A DNA stretch of 64,000 nucleotides from Candidatus Multivoradales bacterium (lineage in GTDB: Bacteria; Acidobacteriota; Thermoanaerobaculia; Multivoradales; J023), in the NCBI GenBank assembly GCA_965248925.1, contig CBDFLE010000005.1, forward strand, positions 64,001 through 128,000, read 5' to 3'. Made by a program: the position numbers and the translations under genes. The first letter of the stretch is position 1. Each line of letters begins with the position of its first letter. Below are positions 26,300 to 34,584 of the stretch, in pieces. The notes beneath the pieces are model-generated. The model saw only the letters and a program-made list of their open reading frames with translations. It did not search any database and was not told where the DNA came from.

Positions 26300-27601
26300 A
26301 TGAGTGTTCAGAGAGAGAGAGAGTTTTCCTCCGCGGACAGCGACTCAGTGCTTGAACCTGGGATTCAGGCCGTGGATGTCCTGATTGTGGACGACGAAGT
26401 TGCCTTGCTGGATTCGCTAACCAGGGCACTCGACTCCAGGCTTCCGCAGCTGACCTTCGCTGCCGCGGAGGACTACGATCAGGCAGAGCGGCTGATTGCC
26501 GAGCACCCTCCGAGGTTGGTGATTTGCGATGTCCGCCTGCCGGGCAGGAGCGGCGTCGAACTCTTTCTCTCAGCCCAAGAGAGATGGCCGCAGGTGCGAT
26601 TCATCCTGATGAGTGGATATTCAATGTCAGCTTCCGATCTCGGGGTCAATGGAGATAGGGCTTATGAGTTCATCGAGAAACCCTTCAAGATCGATGATCT
26701 GGCACTGCGGATAGAAAAGGCCTTGCCGCGGGAGGAATTCTCTGGACAAATTTTCGGTATCTCATTGACCGATCTGCTGCAGCTGATGAGTTTCGGCCGT
26801 AACAGCGCTACGGTAGAGCTGAGCCACCTGGGCCAGAGCGGTCAGATTTTCTTTTCTAATGGCGAGGTCTTTCATGCCGAGGTGGGTGACCTGGAAGGGA
26901 TCGCCGCCTTCAATCGCCTGGTGAGTTGGCGAGACGGCAGCTTCAAGGTCGTGCGTAGTCTATTAACGCCAACGAGAACGATCGATGGTTCGTTCACGGG
27001 TCTGATGATGACCGCCATGCAGGAGTTCGACGAGGCGCGGCGGCAAATTGGTGAGGAATGCGAGGATGCTGGTCTGGAGCAATTGGCTGATACATCCGCG
27101 GGGCCGCCGGCCAGCCCATTTGAGCCCAGTGCCCGGTCGGTGGCCAAGACGGATGCGGAGCAGGCACGAGACTCCCGAGTCGCCTTCGACCATGTATTGC
27201 GAGAAATCCTTGAAGCAGTTCCGGGCGGAATCGCTGCTACAGTAATTGACCTCGAGGAAGGAAGAATCTTGGCTAACCAAGGATCAACGGTGCCCTCCGA
27301 ACCATTGCTGGAATTCATGCTAGCCGCCCTGAGACAAGTTTATGACCCCGCTGCCTCAGCGGCAGGCCATGGAGCTCTGATCCAAAATTTAAGCTTCTCG
27401 ACTTCTTATCTGCATCATTTTTTTACCAGGATAGAACAACAGCAAGTCGTTCTGTGTTTGGTGGTTCGGAAGCCGGTCATCGTTGGTACGGGTTTCGCTG
27501 CGCTCCGGGCGGCATTGCCAGGGGTCGGAGCGCTGATCGGCGAACGATCCGGCGAACCAGGCCGCCAGTCGGCAAGATACGAAACTATGCCTACCCCTTG
27601 A
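26300..27601 (+). CDS. Receiver + DUF4388 + C-terminal roadblock/MglB-like domain protein
   Basis: Receiver: LIVDDE, ICDVRLPG, ILMSG, EKPF. DUF4388: FSGQIFGISLTDLLQL...GQIFFSNGEVFHAE...W.DGSF. The C-terminus resembles the next gene. Confidence 0.8.
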   Translation: MSVQREREFSSADSDSVLEPGIQAVDVLIVDDEVALLDSLTRALDSRLPQLTFAAAEDYDQAERLIAEHPPRLVICDVRLPGRSGVELFLSAQERWPQVRFILMSGYSMSASDLGVNGDRAYEFIEKPFKIDDLALRIEKALPREEFSGQIFGISLTDLLQLMSFGRNSATVELSHLGQSGQIFFSNGEVFHAEVGDLEGIAAFNRLVSWRDGSFKVVRSLLTPTRTIDGSFTGLMMTAMQEFDEARRQIGEECEDAGLEQLADTSAGPPASPFEPSARSVAKTDAEQARDSRVAFDHVLREILEAVPGGIAATVIDLEEGRILANQGSTVPSEPLLEFMLAALRQVYDPAASAAGHGALIQNLSFSTSYLHHFFTRIEQQQVVLCLVVRKPVIVGTGFAALRAALPGVGALIGERSGEPGRQSARYETMPTP

Positions 27602-27696
27602 TCAGCGGACTAGATTCGGACACAATCGAATCCACGAGAGGACTGGGCAGAGTCCGCTAGTGACTCTGTCATTTGACATTCACACGGGAGGAACTC

Positions 27697-28104
27697 ATGA
27701 CAACGATCAACGATCTCTGCAAAGACCTGGTGGAGAACACCCCGGACGGCGTTGCGGCCAATGTCGTCGATCTTTCCAGCGGGATGATGATTGGCGGTCA
27801 TTTCGCGTCAGACTTCACGACCGATCATTTCGAGGCGGTGTCGGCGGCGGCTACCAACCTCTATCGCGGCAAGGAAACCTTGCGGGTTGAAGATCTGGTC
27901 AAGAGCCAGCGCGGCGACACCAGCGACAATCATTTCATGCAGGAGGTGCAGTTCAACACCGACACCCTGCTCCATTTTGTCAAGAAGCTAGAAGGCAAGG
28001 AGGCGATTCTCTGTCTGGTGACTCGCAAGCCGGGCAATGTTGGCATGGGTTGGTCGGCACTCAGGGCGGCATTGCCGAAGGTGACCCCTCTAGTCCCTTC
28101 CTGA
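27697..28104 (+). CDS. Roadblock/LC7 (MglB-like) protein
   Basis: 135 aa with GVAANVVDLSSGMMIG, AAATNLYRG, MQEVQF..HF and LCLVTRKPGNVGM. RBS GGAGG. Confidence 0.75.
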   Translation: MTTINDLCKDLVENTPDGVAANVVDLSSGMMIGGHFASDFTTDHFEAVSAAATNLYRGKETLRVEDLVKSQRGDTSDNHFMQEVQFNTDTLLHFVKKLEGKEAILCLVTRKPGNVGMGWSALRAALPKVTPLVPS

Positions 28105-28163
28105 GCCGCAGCACTGCCGGGTTCCGCGGTGCCGGCGGCTTGTTGAGGCGCCGGCCGCCGTCG

Positions 28164-29051
28164 ATGGACGAGGGAAGAGGGGGACCGGACAGCGATCGCC
28201 CGCAATCTAAGGCCCCTTCGCCGGTTGGTGGTGTCGAGTCGAGTCCCGATAGCTTGCTCTGGGAATATCCCTTCTTGCCCTGCGCCAGAAGGCAGATTCT
28301 CGCCGTGCTGCCGGAAGGCCCTGAGATTGTCGACGAAGTTCTCGCTAGACTGAGAAGTGGCCCAGTAGTATCCCGGCAGGACCTTCGCGGCACCGGCAAC
28401 CTCGGTGGTGGTTCAGGGGGGCAAGCGGGGTACTTCTTGGAAGTCGGTGACTATTTCGCCAAGGCGAATTCGACCCGCCGCTACGCCAGCGTCGATCTGG
28501 CTTGCAGCCACGATCTGCCGGTAGAGGAGCTGCGCCGGAGTCTAGGGATCTACCATTCCAGTAGAATCTGGTTCCTAACTCAAAGCGTTGATGACTGCAT
28601 TTGGGCCTGCTCGCTGACCCGCAAGATGATCTCTCTGCGGGAGATATTCAACCGCCCGCCCGCGGGCTCAGACCCCCTCGCTTGGCAGTTCTTTCTCGAC
28701 GGGCTATGGATGTCCTTGGATCTTGGTCGCAGGGCGGAGGTCATGCTCGACTGCAATCCCAACAACTTCGGCCTCGACGGCGACCAGTTGTGGTACCTGG
28801 ACGATGATCTTCTGACTAGCAAGACGTCGATGTTGGGCTTGCAAGCAGTGCTGCGTTTACGCGAGTATGAGGGCTGTGACTGGAGAGTTCGCAAGACCTT
28901 TCTCGATGGTTTTCTGCAGCTAGTACGGAGCTGCTCCGGCGACGAGCGGCGGCGTTGGAGCCTGACCCGAGAAGCGATATTCGGACTCATTTCGTTGCGT
29001 GACGCCAAGCTGCGGGCAATGCTCGACGATTTCTTTGGCCCGCCGTCCTAG
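28164..29051 (+). CDS. Hypothetical protein with divergent protein-kinase-like motifs
   Basis: Gly-rich GTGNLGGGSGG, YFAK, catalytic-loop-like LDCNPNNFG and YLDDD. Start uncertain (ORF open from 28050). Confidence 0.5.
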   Translation: MDEGRGGPDSDRPQSKAPSPVGGVESSPDSLLWEYPFLPCARRQILAVLPEGPEIVDEVLARLRSGPVVSRQDLRGTGNLGGGSGGQAGYFLEVGDYFAKANSTRRYASVDLACSHDLPVEELRRSLGIYHSSRIWFLTQSVDDCIWACSLTRKMISLREIFNRPPAGSDPLAWQFFLDGLWMSLDLGRRAEVMLDCNPNNFGLDGDQLWYLDDDLLTSKTSMLGLQAVLRLREYEGCDWRVRKTFLDGFLQLVRSCSGDERRRWSLTREAIFGLISLRDAKLRAMLDDFFGPPS

Positions 29052-29066
29052 TAACTCTCACTTGAA

Positions 29067-29891
29067 GTGGATATGCCGATCGACTTTCATCGGGCGCTGG
29101 ACCTGACTCAGCTACCAGTCGTGGGCGATGAGCCGCTGGCGTTGCTCGCCGACATTCACGCCAATATTGAGGCGCTGGCAGCGGTAACCGGCTGGCTGGA
29201 CCAGCACGGCATCAAACAGGCGGTGGTTCTCGGTGATTTGATTGGCTATGGGGCTGCACCGAACGAGGTCCTTGGCGAAATTCGACGCCGCGGCTGGTTG
29301 GCGATCCGTGGCAACCATGAAGACATTTTACTCGATCCAACCTATTCGGAGCAACGGGGCGGCTTGAAGGCTCGAGCTCGGGCGGCGCTCGATTGGACTC
29401 GCCAGCATCTCGACGTCTCCAGCCGGCAGTTTATCGAGTCCCTGCCCTTGGCTGCTGCCTTGGGCCACGAGATGATCGCGGTTCACGGTTCATTGGTCGA
29501 TCCGCGGCGCTGCTATGCCTACATCTATGACCTGAGCCTCGACCTGAACATTCGGCGGATGACTGAGTTGGCCCTACCCCCTGGTATCTTGATTGTCCAC
29601 GGCCACACTCACCAGACGAAGATTTTTCAAGTGCAGGAAGAGGACTGGAATGAACTTGATCCAGCGCCGGGGGAGAGACGACTCGACCCGGCTTCGAGCT
29701 TTTTCATCAATCCGGGCAGCGTTGGATTGCCTCGTGACGGCAATCCACAAGCCAGTTTCATGGTGTGGGACGCGGCTCACCGGAGCCTGCGATCAGTTCG
29801 CGTGGCCTACGATGTACAGTCTGCGGCGCAGCGAATCTTGCTCGCTGGATATAGTGACGAGGTCGCCGAGTACTTGCTTTCGTCTTCTTAG
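29067..29891 (+). CDS. Calcineurin-like metallophosphoesterase (YfcE/MJ0936-type)
   Basis: DIHAN, GDLIGYG, GNHE, VHGS, GHTH and INPGSVG.PRDG motifs. Confidence 0.92.
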   Translation: MDMPIDFHRALDLTQLPVVGDEPLALLADIHANIEALAAVTGWLDQHGIKQAVVLGDLIGYGAAPNEVLGEIRRRGWLAIRGNHEDILLDPTYSEQRGGLKARARAALDWTRQHLDVSSRQFIESLPLAAALGHEMIAVHGSLVDPRRCYAYIYDLSLDLNIRRMTELALPPGILIVHGHTHQTKIFQVQEEDWNELDPAPGERRLDPASSFFINPGSVGLPRDGNPQASFMVWDAAHRSLRSVRVAYDVQSAAQRILLAGYSDEVAEYLLSSS

Positions 29892-29900
29892 CAAAGGAAT

Positions 29901-30347
29901 TTGATGAGTCTGAATTTGTGGTATTGGTCTGGGGCTTTGATCAATCTGGGAGTCGCGACTGGCTGTGCTTTCTTGGGTTGGCGAGAGATACGTCGCGGTC
30001 GGCGGGAAATTCATCGCAAATGGATGAACGCGGCGGTGATTCTGGTGCTTGCTTTCCTGGTCAGCTACCCGCTGAAGCTGATCTTTCTTGGTAAAGAGGA
30101 TCTGCTGCTATGGAGCCATATGGATGTCACCATTCTACGGATACACGAGACCTTCGTGTTGTTGATGGTGCTCAGTGGAGGCGCGGCTCGCTGGCTCGCT
30201 CGTCGGCTGCGCGTAGGCGGTTCGCAAGTTAGTAGTCAGTGGAAGGGCTGGCACCGCTGGTGCGGTCGTATGGCTCTCGGCTGTTCGGCGGGTGGCTTGC
30301 TCACCGCCGCCCTGATCTTGTTAGGGATGGTCCGCCGGATCAACTGA
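29901..30347 (+). CDS. DUF420-like 4-TM membrane protein
   Basis: IRRGRREIHRKWM, FLVSY, RIH and WHRWCGR motifs. Confidence 0.7.
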   Translation: MMSLNLWYWSGALINLGVATGCAFLGWREIRRGRREIHRKWMNAAVILVLAFLVSYPLKLIFLGKEDLLLWSHMDVTILRIHETFVLLMVLSGGAARWLARRLRVGGSQVSSQWKGWHRWCGRMALGCSAGGLLTAALILLGMVRRIN

Positions 30348-31667
30348 GTGGGTGCCGCGGTCGTTGACAAACTGGGCGAACTGATCGATGAATGCAAGCT
30401 GGCGGTTGCTCTGGATGTAGTTCGGGTTGATCGCCCGAACTCGGTGAATGGCGCACACCGCGCTGTTGCCACGGTAAGTCAGAAAGCAGGCCAAAATCGT
30501 TCCAGTACGCCCCAGTCCCGCTCGGCAGTGGACGACGGTCGGCAGCCGACGGTGAATCCAGCCGTCGATTCGCTGGCAGAGCTGATAAGCGGCTTCGGCG
30601 TCCGGCGCATTCATGTCCGGGATGGGGAAGTGAAAGGTTTCGATGCCTAGCTCCGTCAGCAATGGAGAGACGAAAGGCTGCTCCCTCAAAGTCAGCAAGA
30701 CTTTGCAGCCCAGTCCCTTCAAGGCCCGAATATCGTCTGCTTCGTCATGCAATAGGCCGGGTTGCTGCATCCCGCCGAGCTGCCTATCGAGGACCCAATG
30801 AAAGCTGCTGGGGACCGACCAGCTGCTTCTCAGTGGTGATGTTGGAGCAGGGCGATGCGGGGCGCTGCTGGGTGCCACTTGCCGCGGCCAGCAATTGCCG
30901 AGCCGGATAAAGTCTCGGGCCAGCTCGGTTTGGGGATCTTGATAAAACCGTTCCCGAGTGGCGTGCTCGACTATCCGGCCTCCCGCCAGCAGGCAAATCC
31001 GATCGGCGACTTGGCGACTGCGGTGCTGATTGTGAGTTACCAGCAACACCGCCAGACGTTGGCCCAGGTGCTCTACTAGCTGTTCGATCTTGCCGATCTC
31101 GGAGTCGCTCAAGTCGCGGAAAGGCTCATCCAACAGAAGGCACTCCGCTCCTCCCGCCACCAATCGAGCAATGGCCAGCCGTCGCTGCTCACCGATGCTC
31201 AAAGATATTGCCGGTAGTTGTAGATGGGCTTCGAAATCTTCCCATAGACCTAGGGGTGCAAGGATGGTTTGCGCCAGCTCATCGCCTTGCTGGGTACTTT
31301 GCAGATACGTGGGAATATCGGCGGTGATGTTGGCCAACACCGTTGCGGTGTAGAGTTTTGCCTTCTGAACTAAGAGCGGTACCCTGCGCCGCACTTCCTC
31401 GGCCGCCATTCCATCGAGCAGATCACGCCCTCGCGAGAGGGCGGTGCCAGTGCGCCAGAAGGAGGGGATACCATCGTTCCATCGACCCAGAGTGCGCAAC
31501 AACGTGCTCTTACCGCCACCGGCCGGGCCCATGAGGCAGGAAACTCCGGTCGGTGCCAGTGGTAGATGTACCCGATCTAATACGACCTTATCGTTGAACC
31601 CGACGGAAAGACTCCGTAGTTCGATCAACGGTGGGCTGTCCACCTTATTAGTTGATTGTTCAGGCAC
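30321..31667 (-). CDS. ABC-type ATPase fused to a CX5R dual-specificity/tyrosine phosphatase
   Basis: Walker A GPAGGGKST, signature LSIGEQRR, LLLDEP and VTHN. C-terminal FPIPDM and HCRAGLGRTG. Confidence 0.9.
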   Translation of the reverse strand: MPEQSTNKVDSPPLIELRSLSVGFNDKVVLDRVHLPLAPTGVSCLMGPAGGGKSTLLRTLGRWNDGIPSFWRTGTALSRGRDLLDGMAAEEVRRRVPLLVQKAKLYTATVLANITADIPTYLQSTQQGDELAQTILAPLGLWEDFEAHLQLPAISLSIGEQRRLAIARLVAGGAECLLLDEPFRDLSDSEIGKIEQLVEHLGQRLAVLLVTHNQHRSRQVADRICLLAGGRIVEHATRERFYQDPQTELARDFIRLGNCWPRQVAPSSAPHRPAPTSPLRSSWSVPSSFHWVLDRQLGGMQQPGLLHDEADDIRALKGLGCKVLLTLREQPFVSPLLTELGIETFHFPIPDMNAPDAEAAYQLCQRIDGWIHRRLPTVVHCRAGLGRTGTILACFLTYRGNSAVCAIHRVRAINPNYIQSNRQLAFIDQFAQFVNDRGTHSVDPADHP

Positions 31668-32496
31668 CGATCAGTAGTCCTGTGAGCATCTCGACGAGAG
31701 GGGATTCTCGAGTTTCTAATGTTCCTTGAAGACTGTCTAGAATACAGAGAATATCGGCCAGGGGGCGTCCTTCAAGACCGGCGGCAGCTACCGGTGCGGC
31801 AAGCAATAATCGCAAAGTATCCAGATCAGCCGGTGGGTCGTCGCCTGCTTTTTCCGGCAGGGTGCCGACGTAGTGCGGCTCGCCGCCGAGGCGCCGACCC
31901 ACGGATTCTAGGGTCGGTCGCAGGTGGGCCGACTGGCTGCTGGCTGCGAAAGCCTCGGCGGTTCTAAGGAAGTGGCGACTGGCATCCAAGAGTTGATCGA
32001 CGGTGTCTTGTGGACTTGCCCCGCGCAGCGCCGAGGCAATTTCCTGCTCAAGGCACGTTTCGCGGCGGACGATTTGCCACAGACGCCAGCTGCCTACTCC
32101 GGTCTTGGCCAGAGCGATACAGCGCCATTCTGATAACGTCGTTCCGAGTCCCGAGTGTAGGCGAGCCCACTCGATCAGACGCTGCCGCCCCTTATCGAGT
32201 TGGGTGAAGAAGTGTTCGCGGTAGGAAAGCGCTAACCAGCGGTCGCCGATCTCTGCCCGCCAGTCGCCTCCAGGCTGCTGCTCTGCCAATCCGCGGCTGT
32301 CTAATTCTTGCAGCACTGAACGACCCAGGACAGGTGGCCAAATACAGCCGCTCGCTACATCTTTGCGCGGCAAGTCTGGTGGCTGTCGCGGAGCCGCAGT
32401 GGCACTCTGCTCGCGTTCATCCGAATCGAGGATCGGTGGCTCGGCGCCTACTTCTTCTGCTTCTGCTTCTGCTTGCATTACTTGTTGCAACCACAC
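31660..32496 (-). CDS. Hypothetical protein, probably the detached C-terminal region of the upstream GTPase
   Basis: Overlaps the GTPase stop in the -1 frame. Begins with an acidic/Pro linker, then PDLP..VASGCIWPPVLGR. Confidence 0.55.
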   Translation of the reverse strand: MWLQQVMQAEAEAEEVGAEPPILDSDEREQSATAAPRQPPDLPRKDVASGCIWPPVLGRSVLQELDSRGLAEQQPGGDWRAEIGDRWLALSYREHFFTQLDKGRQRLIEWARLHSGLGTTLSEWRCIALAKTGVGSWRLWQIVRRETCLEQEIASALRGASPQDTVDQLLDASRHFLRTAEAFAASSQSAHLRPTLESVGRRLGGEPHYVGTLPEKAGDDPPADLDTLRLLLAAPVAAAGLEGRPLADILCILDSLQGTLETRESPLVEMLTGLLIGA

Positions 32497-33236
32497 GCTC
32501 GCCGCGGCAGGATGCTGCTCAGTGACCGTGAGTTATCGAAAGTCGCTGACTGCTGCTCTGCCGAATCACTGACCAGCGGCACTAGTTTGAGTTGTTCGAG
32601 GAGTTCTTTGCCAGCTTGAGGACGGGTCTGGCTGATCGGCAGTTCCTGGTTTCGCATTTGCTCACGGACCCGGTCCAGAGCCTGACGGACGGCCGCTACG
32701 AAGGATTCGCGAATGCCCAGTCCATGGCTTGCGGTCGATTCGACCAAGACTAGCCTGGGGTGCTCCAGAAACAACTCGCGCAGTTTCTGGAGCGGCACCG
32801 CACCGGGCAAGTCTCTCTTGTTGGCTTGCAGAACAAGACCCGCCGGTGGGCCGGGCTCCCGTTCCAACAACGGCAATAAGCTGTCAAAGGTAGGTAAAGC
32901 TTGTTCCAATCGCGCGGGGTCACTGTCGACGACAAAAATCACTGCGTCGGCATCAGCGAGCAAGAATTTACGCCTTTCTATTAGGGATTTTTGCCCAGGA
33001 ACGCTGACGATCTGACAGCGGACCGAATGACCGTTGACTACCCCGCCCCGGTATTCCATCCAGTCGAAAAAGAGTGTCCGTCCGCTCGCCTCGGCTGGGG
33101 AGAATACTGAACTGCGCCGACTTTGAGCAACAGTCGTCGCTAGGGCTCGAACCGAAGTGGTCTTCCCCGAGAGAGGTGGGCCGTCGTAAACGATCCTGAC
33201 AACAACATCCTGACTCCCTGGGTCTAGCCAAGCCAT
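32478..33236 (-). CDS. MglA-like small (Ras-like) GTPase
   Basis: G1 YDGPPLSGKTT, G2 RTLFFD, G3 SVPGQ, ADAVIFVVDS, G4 NKRD and G5 STA. Confidence 0.88.
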   Translation of the reverse strand: MAWLDPGSQDVVVRIVYDGPPLSGKTTSVRALATTVAQSRRSSVFSPAEASGRTLFFDWMEYRGGVVNGHSVRCQIVSVPGQKSLIERRKFLLADADAVIFVVDSDPARLEQALPTFDSLLPLLEREPGPPAGLVLQANKRDLPGAVPLQKLRELFLEHPRLVLVESTASHGLGIRESFVAAVRQALDRVREQMRNQELPISQTRPQAGKELLEQLKLVPLVSDSAEQQSATFDNSRSLSSILPRRACGCNK

Positions 33237-33338
33237 CTGTGCGCGTGGGAAGGGGCGATTTGTCTAGGTATTTAGGGTGTCAGCGAGCGAACCGTCACCT
33301 ATCGGGCCAGCTCGCTTGCCGAGCGAAGGCCATTGGGA

Positions 33339-33746
33339 TCAGGCTGCTGCCTCGACCGGGTCTAGCATCTGCCTTGTCTTGGCGATCACCATGCCGAGGT
33401 TGGCGCCGCCACGAGTGACGGTGACCAGCACCTGCTCCTGGTACCTCTTGCCACGAATGAAAACGTGGATCAGGTTTTGCGACATCACCAGGATCTCTTT
33501 GAAATAGTGCTCGTCGTCGTCGTCCGGCAGGCCCCGGACCTTCTTGAACAGTTTTTCAATAGTAGTAACGTTGCTACCCTGAAAAAGATCGCCAGTCGCG
33601 GCAGCCAAGATGTCGAGCACTTCCTGCGGGTGCGAATCCACCGTCTTGTAGGCCAGTAGCATGCCGGTGTTCATGTCGATGAAACCAGCCGCCAAACATT
33701 CCGGAACAGTCTTGACAACGTCACCAATCACCGAATCCAAAGACAT
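33339..33746 (-). CDS. Roadblock/LC7 (MglB-like) protein
   Basis: VPECLAAGFIDMNTGMLL, AAATGDLFQG, YFKEILV..HVF and ANLGM. Lies directly upstream of the GTPase. Confidence 0.78.
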   Translation of the reverse strand: MSLDSVIGDVVKTVPECLAAGFIDMNTGMLLAYKTVDSHPQEVLDILAAATGDLFQGSNVTTIEKLFKKVRGLPDDDDEHYFKEILVMSQNLIHVFIRGKRYQEQVLVTVTRGGANLGMVIAKTRQMLDPVEAAA

Positions 33747-33890
33747 AGTCCACTCCTCTACTCTCCACCGATTAATCAACTTCCCAGGCGCGGCAGCTTT
33801 GAGCTGTCGCGGCCCAGGCGGTCCAACTTCCAAGACGTTCGACGATAGCACGGATGCATGGGGCCAGGGTAACCGGATATAGTAGCGCGG

Positions 33891-34529
33891 ATGCTTTTTG
33901 GCCTAACCCAAGTTTGTCTGCCGTGTCGCGATCTTGCTCTGTCCCTGCGCTTCTATTCTGACCTTCTGGGCTTTCCTTTGCTGCGAAGATCTGACCTCCA
34001 GGCCGATCTGGACGCCAACGGAGGGGGCATCCGTCTGTGTCAGACAGATAGCAATATTGGGCCGTCCCTGCGCCTGCGGCTGCATACCACCGAGCCGGCC
34101 GAGGCGGTGCGAGAGTTGATTGCCCAAGGGGCCAGCCGAGGAGCCGCCACGCGCCGCAGTGCAGAACTCGAGTGGATCGGTGAGATTGTCGATCCGGACG
34201 GCCACCGGCTGGAGCTTTGGTGCGCGCTGAGCGAGGACGAGCTGGACTTCGTCCCCGACCTGCCGACCTCCCTGGAATGGACTTCGTCCGCCACTGCCTT
34301 GTTGCAGGCTCTGCTGGCCGGAGTGCCTGAGTCGTTTCGCGCGCCGGCAAGGGAGAACACTGTTCGCACGGCCGAGTATCTGGCTGGCTCCAGCTTGCGT
34401 GTGGGTCGGCGGGAGGCGATTCGCGGCTTTGTTCGGGCAACTCCTCGATTGCGTCGTGATCAGCTGAAGCCAGCGCTGCGGCAGCAGGCGATTGATCCGG
34501 CGGATTATCGAAGGGATTTCGATTCGTGA
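33891..34529 (+). CDS. VOC/glyoxalase domain + DUF2621/PCP_red-like helical domain
   Basis: QVCLPCRDLALSLRFYSDLLG...DPDGHRLEL, then W..ATALL..VPESFR..AR...IRGFVRATP..IDP.DY..F. Confidence 0.7.
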   Translation: MLFGLTQVCLPCRDLALSLRFYSDLLGFPLLRRSDLQADLDANGGGIRLCQTDSNIGPSLRLRLHTTEPAEAVRELIAQGASRGAATRRSAELEWIGEIVDPDGHRLELWCALSEDELDFVPDLPTSLEWTSSATALLQALLAGVPESFRAPARENTVRTAEYLAGSSLRVGRREAIRGFVRATPRLRRDQLKPALRQQAIDPADYRRDFDS

Positions 34530-34584
34530 GTGGCCGACAGAGTTCTTTAGGGGCGAGGATTCACGCCATTGCTGGGGAGGTCGG

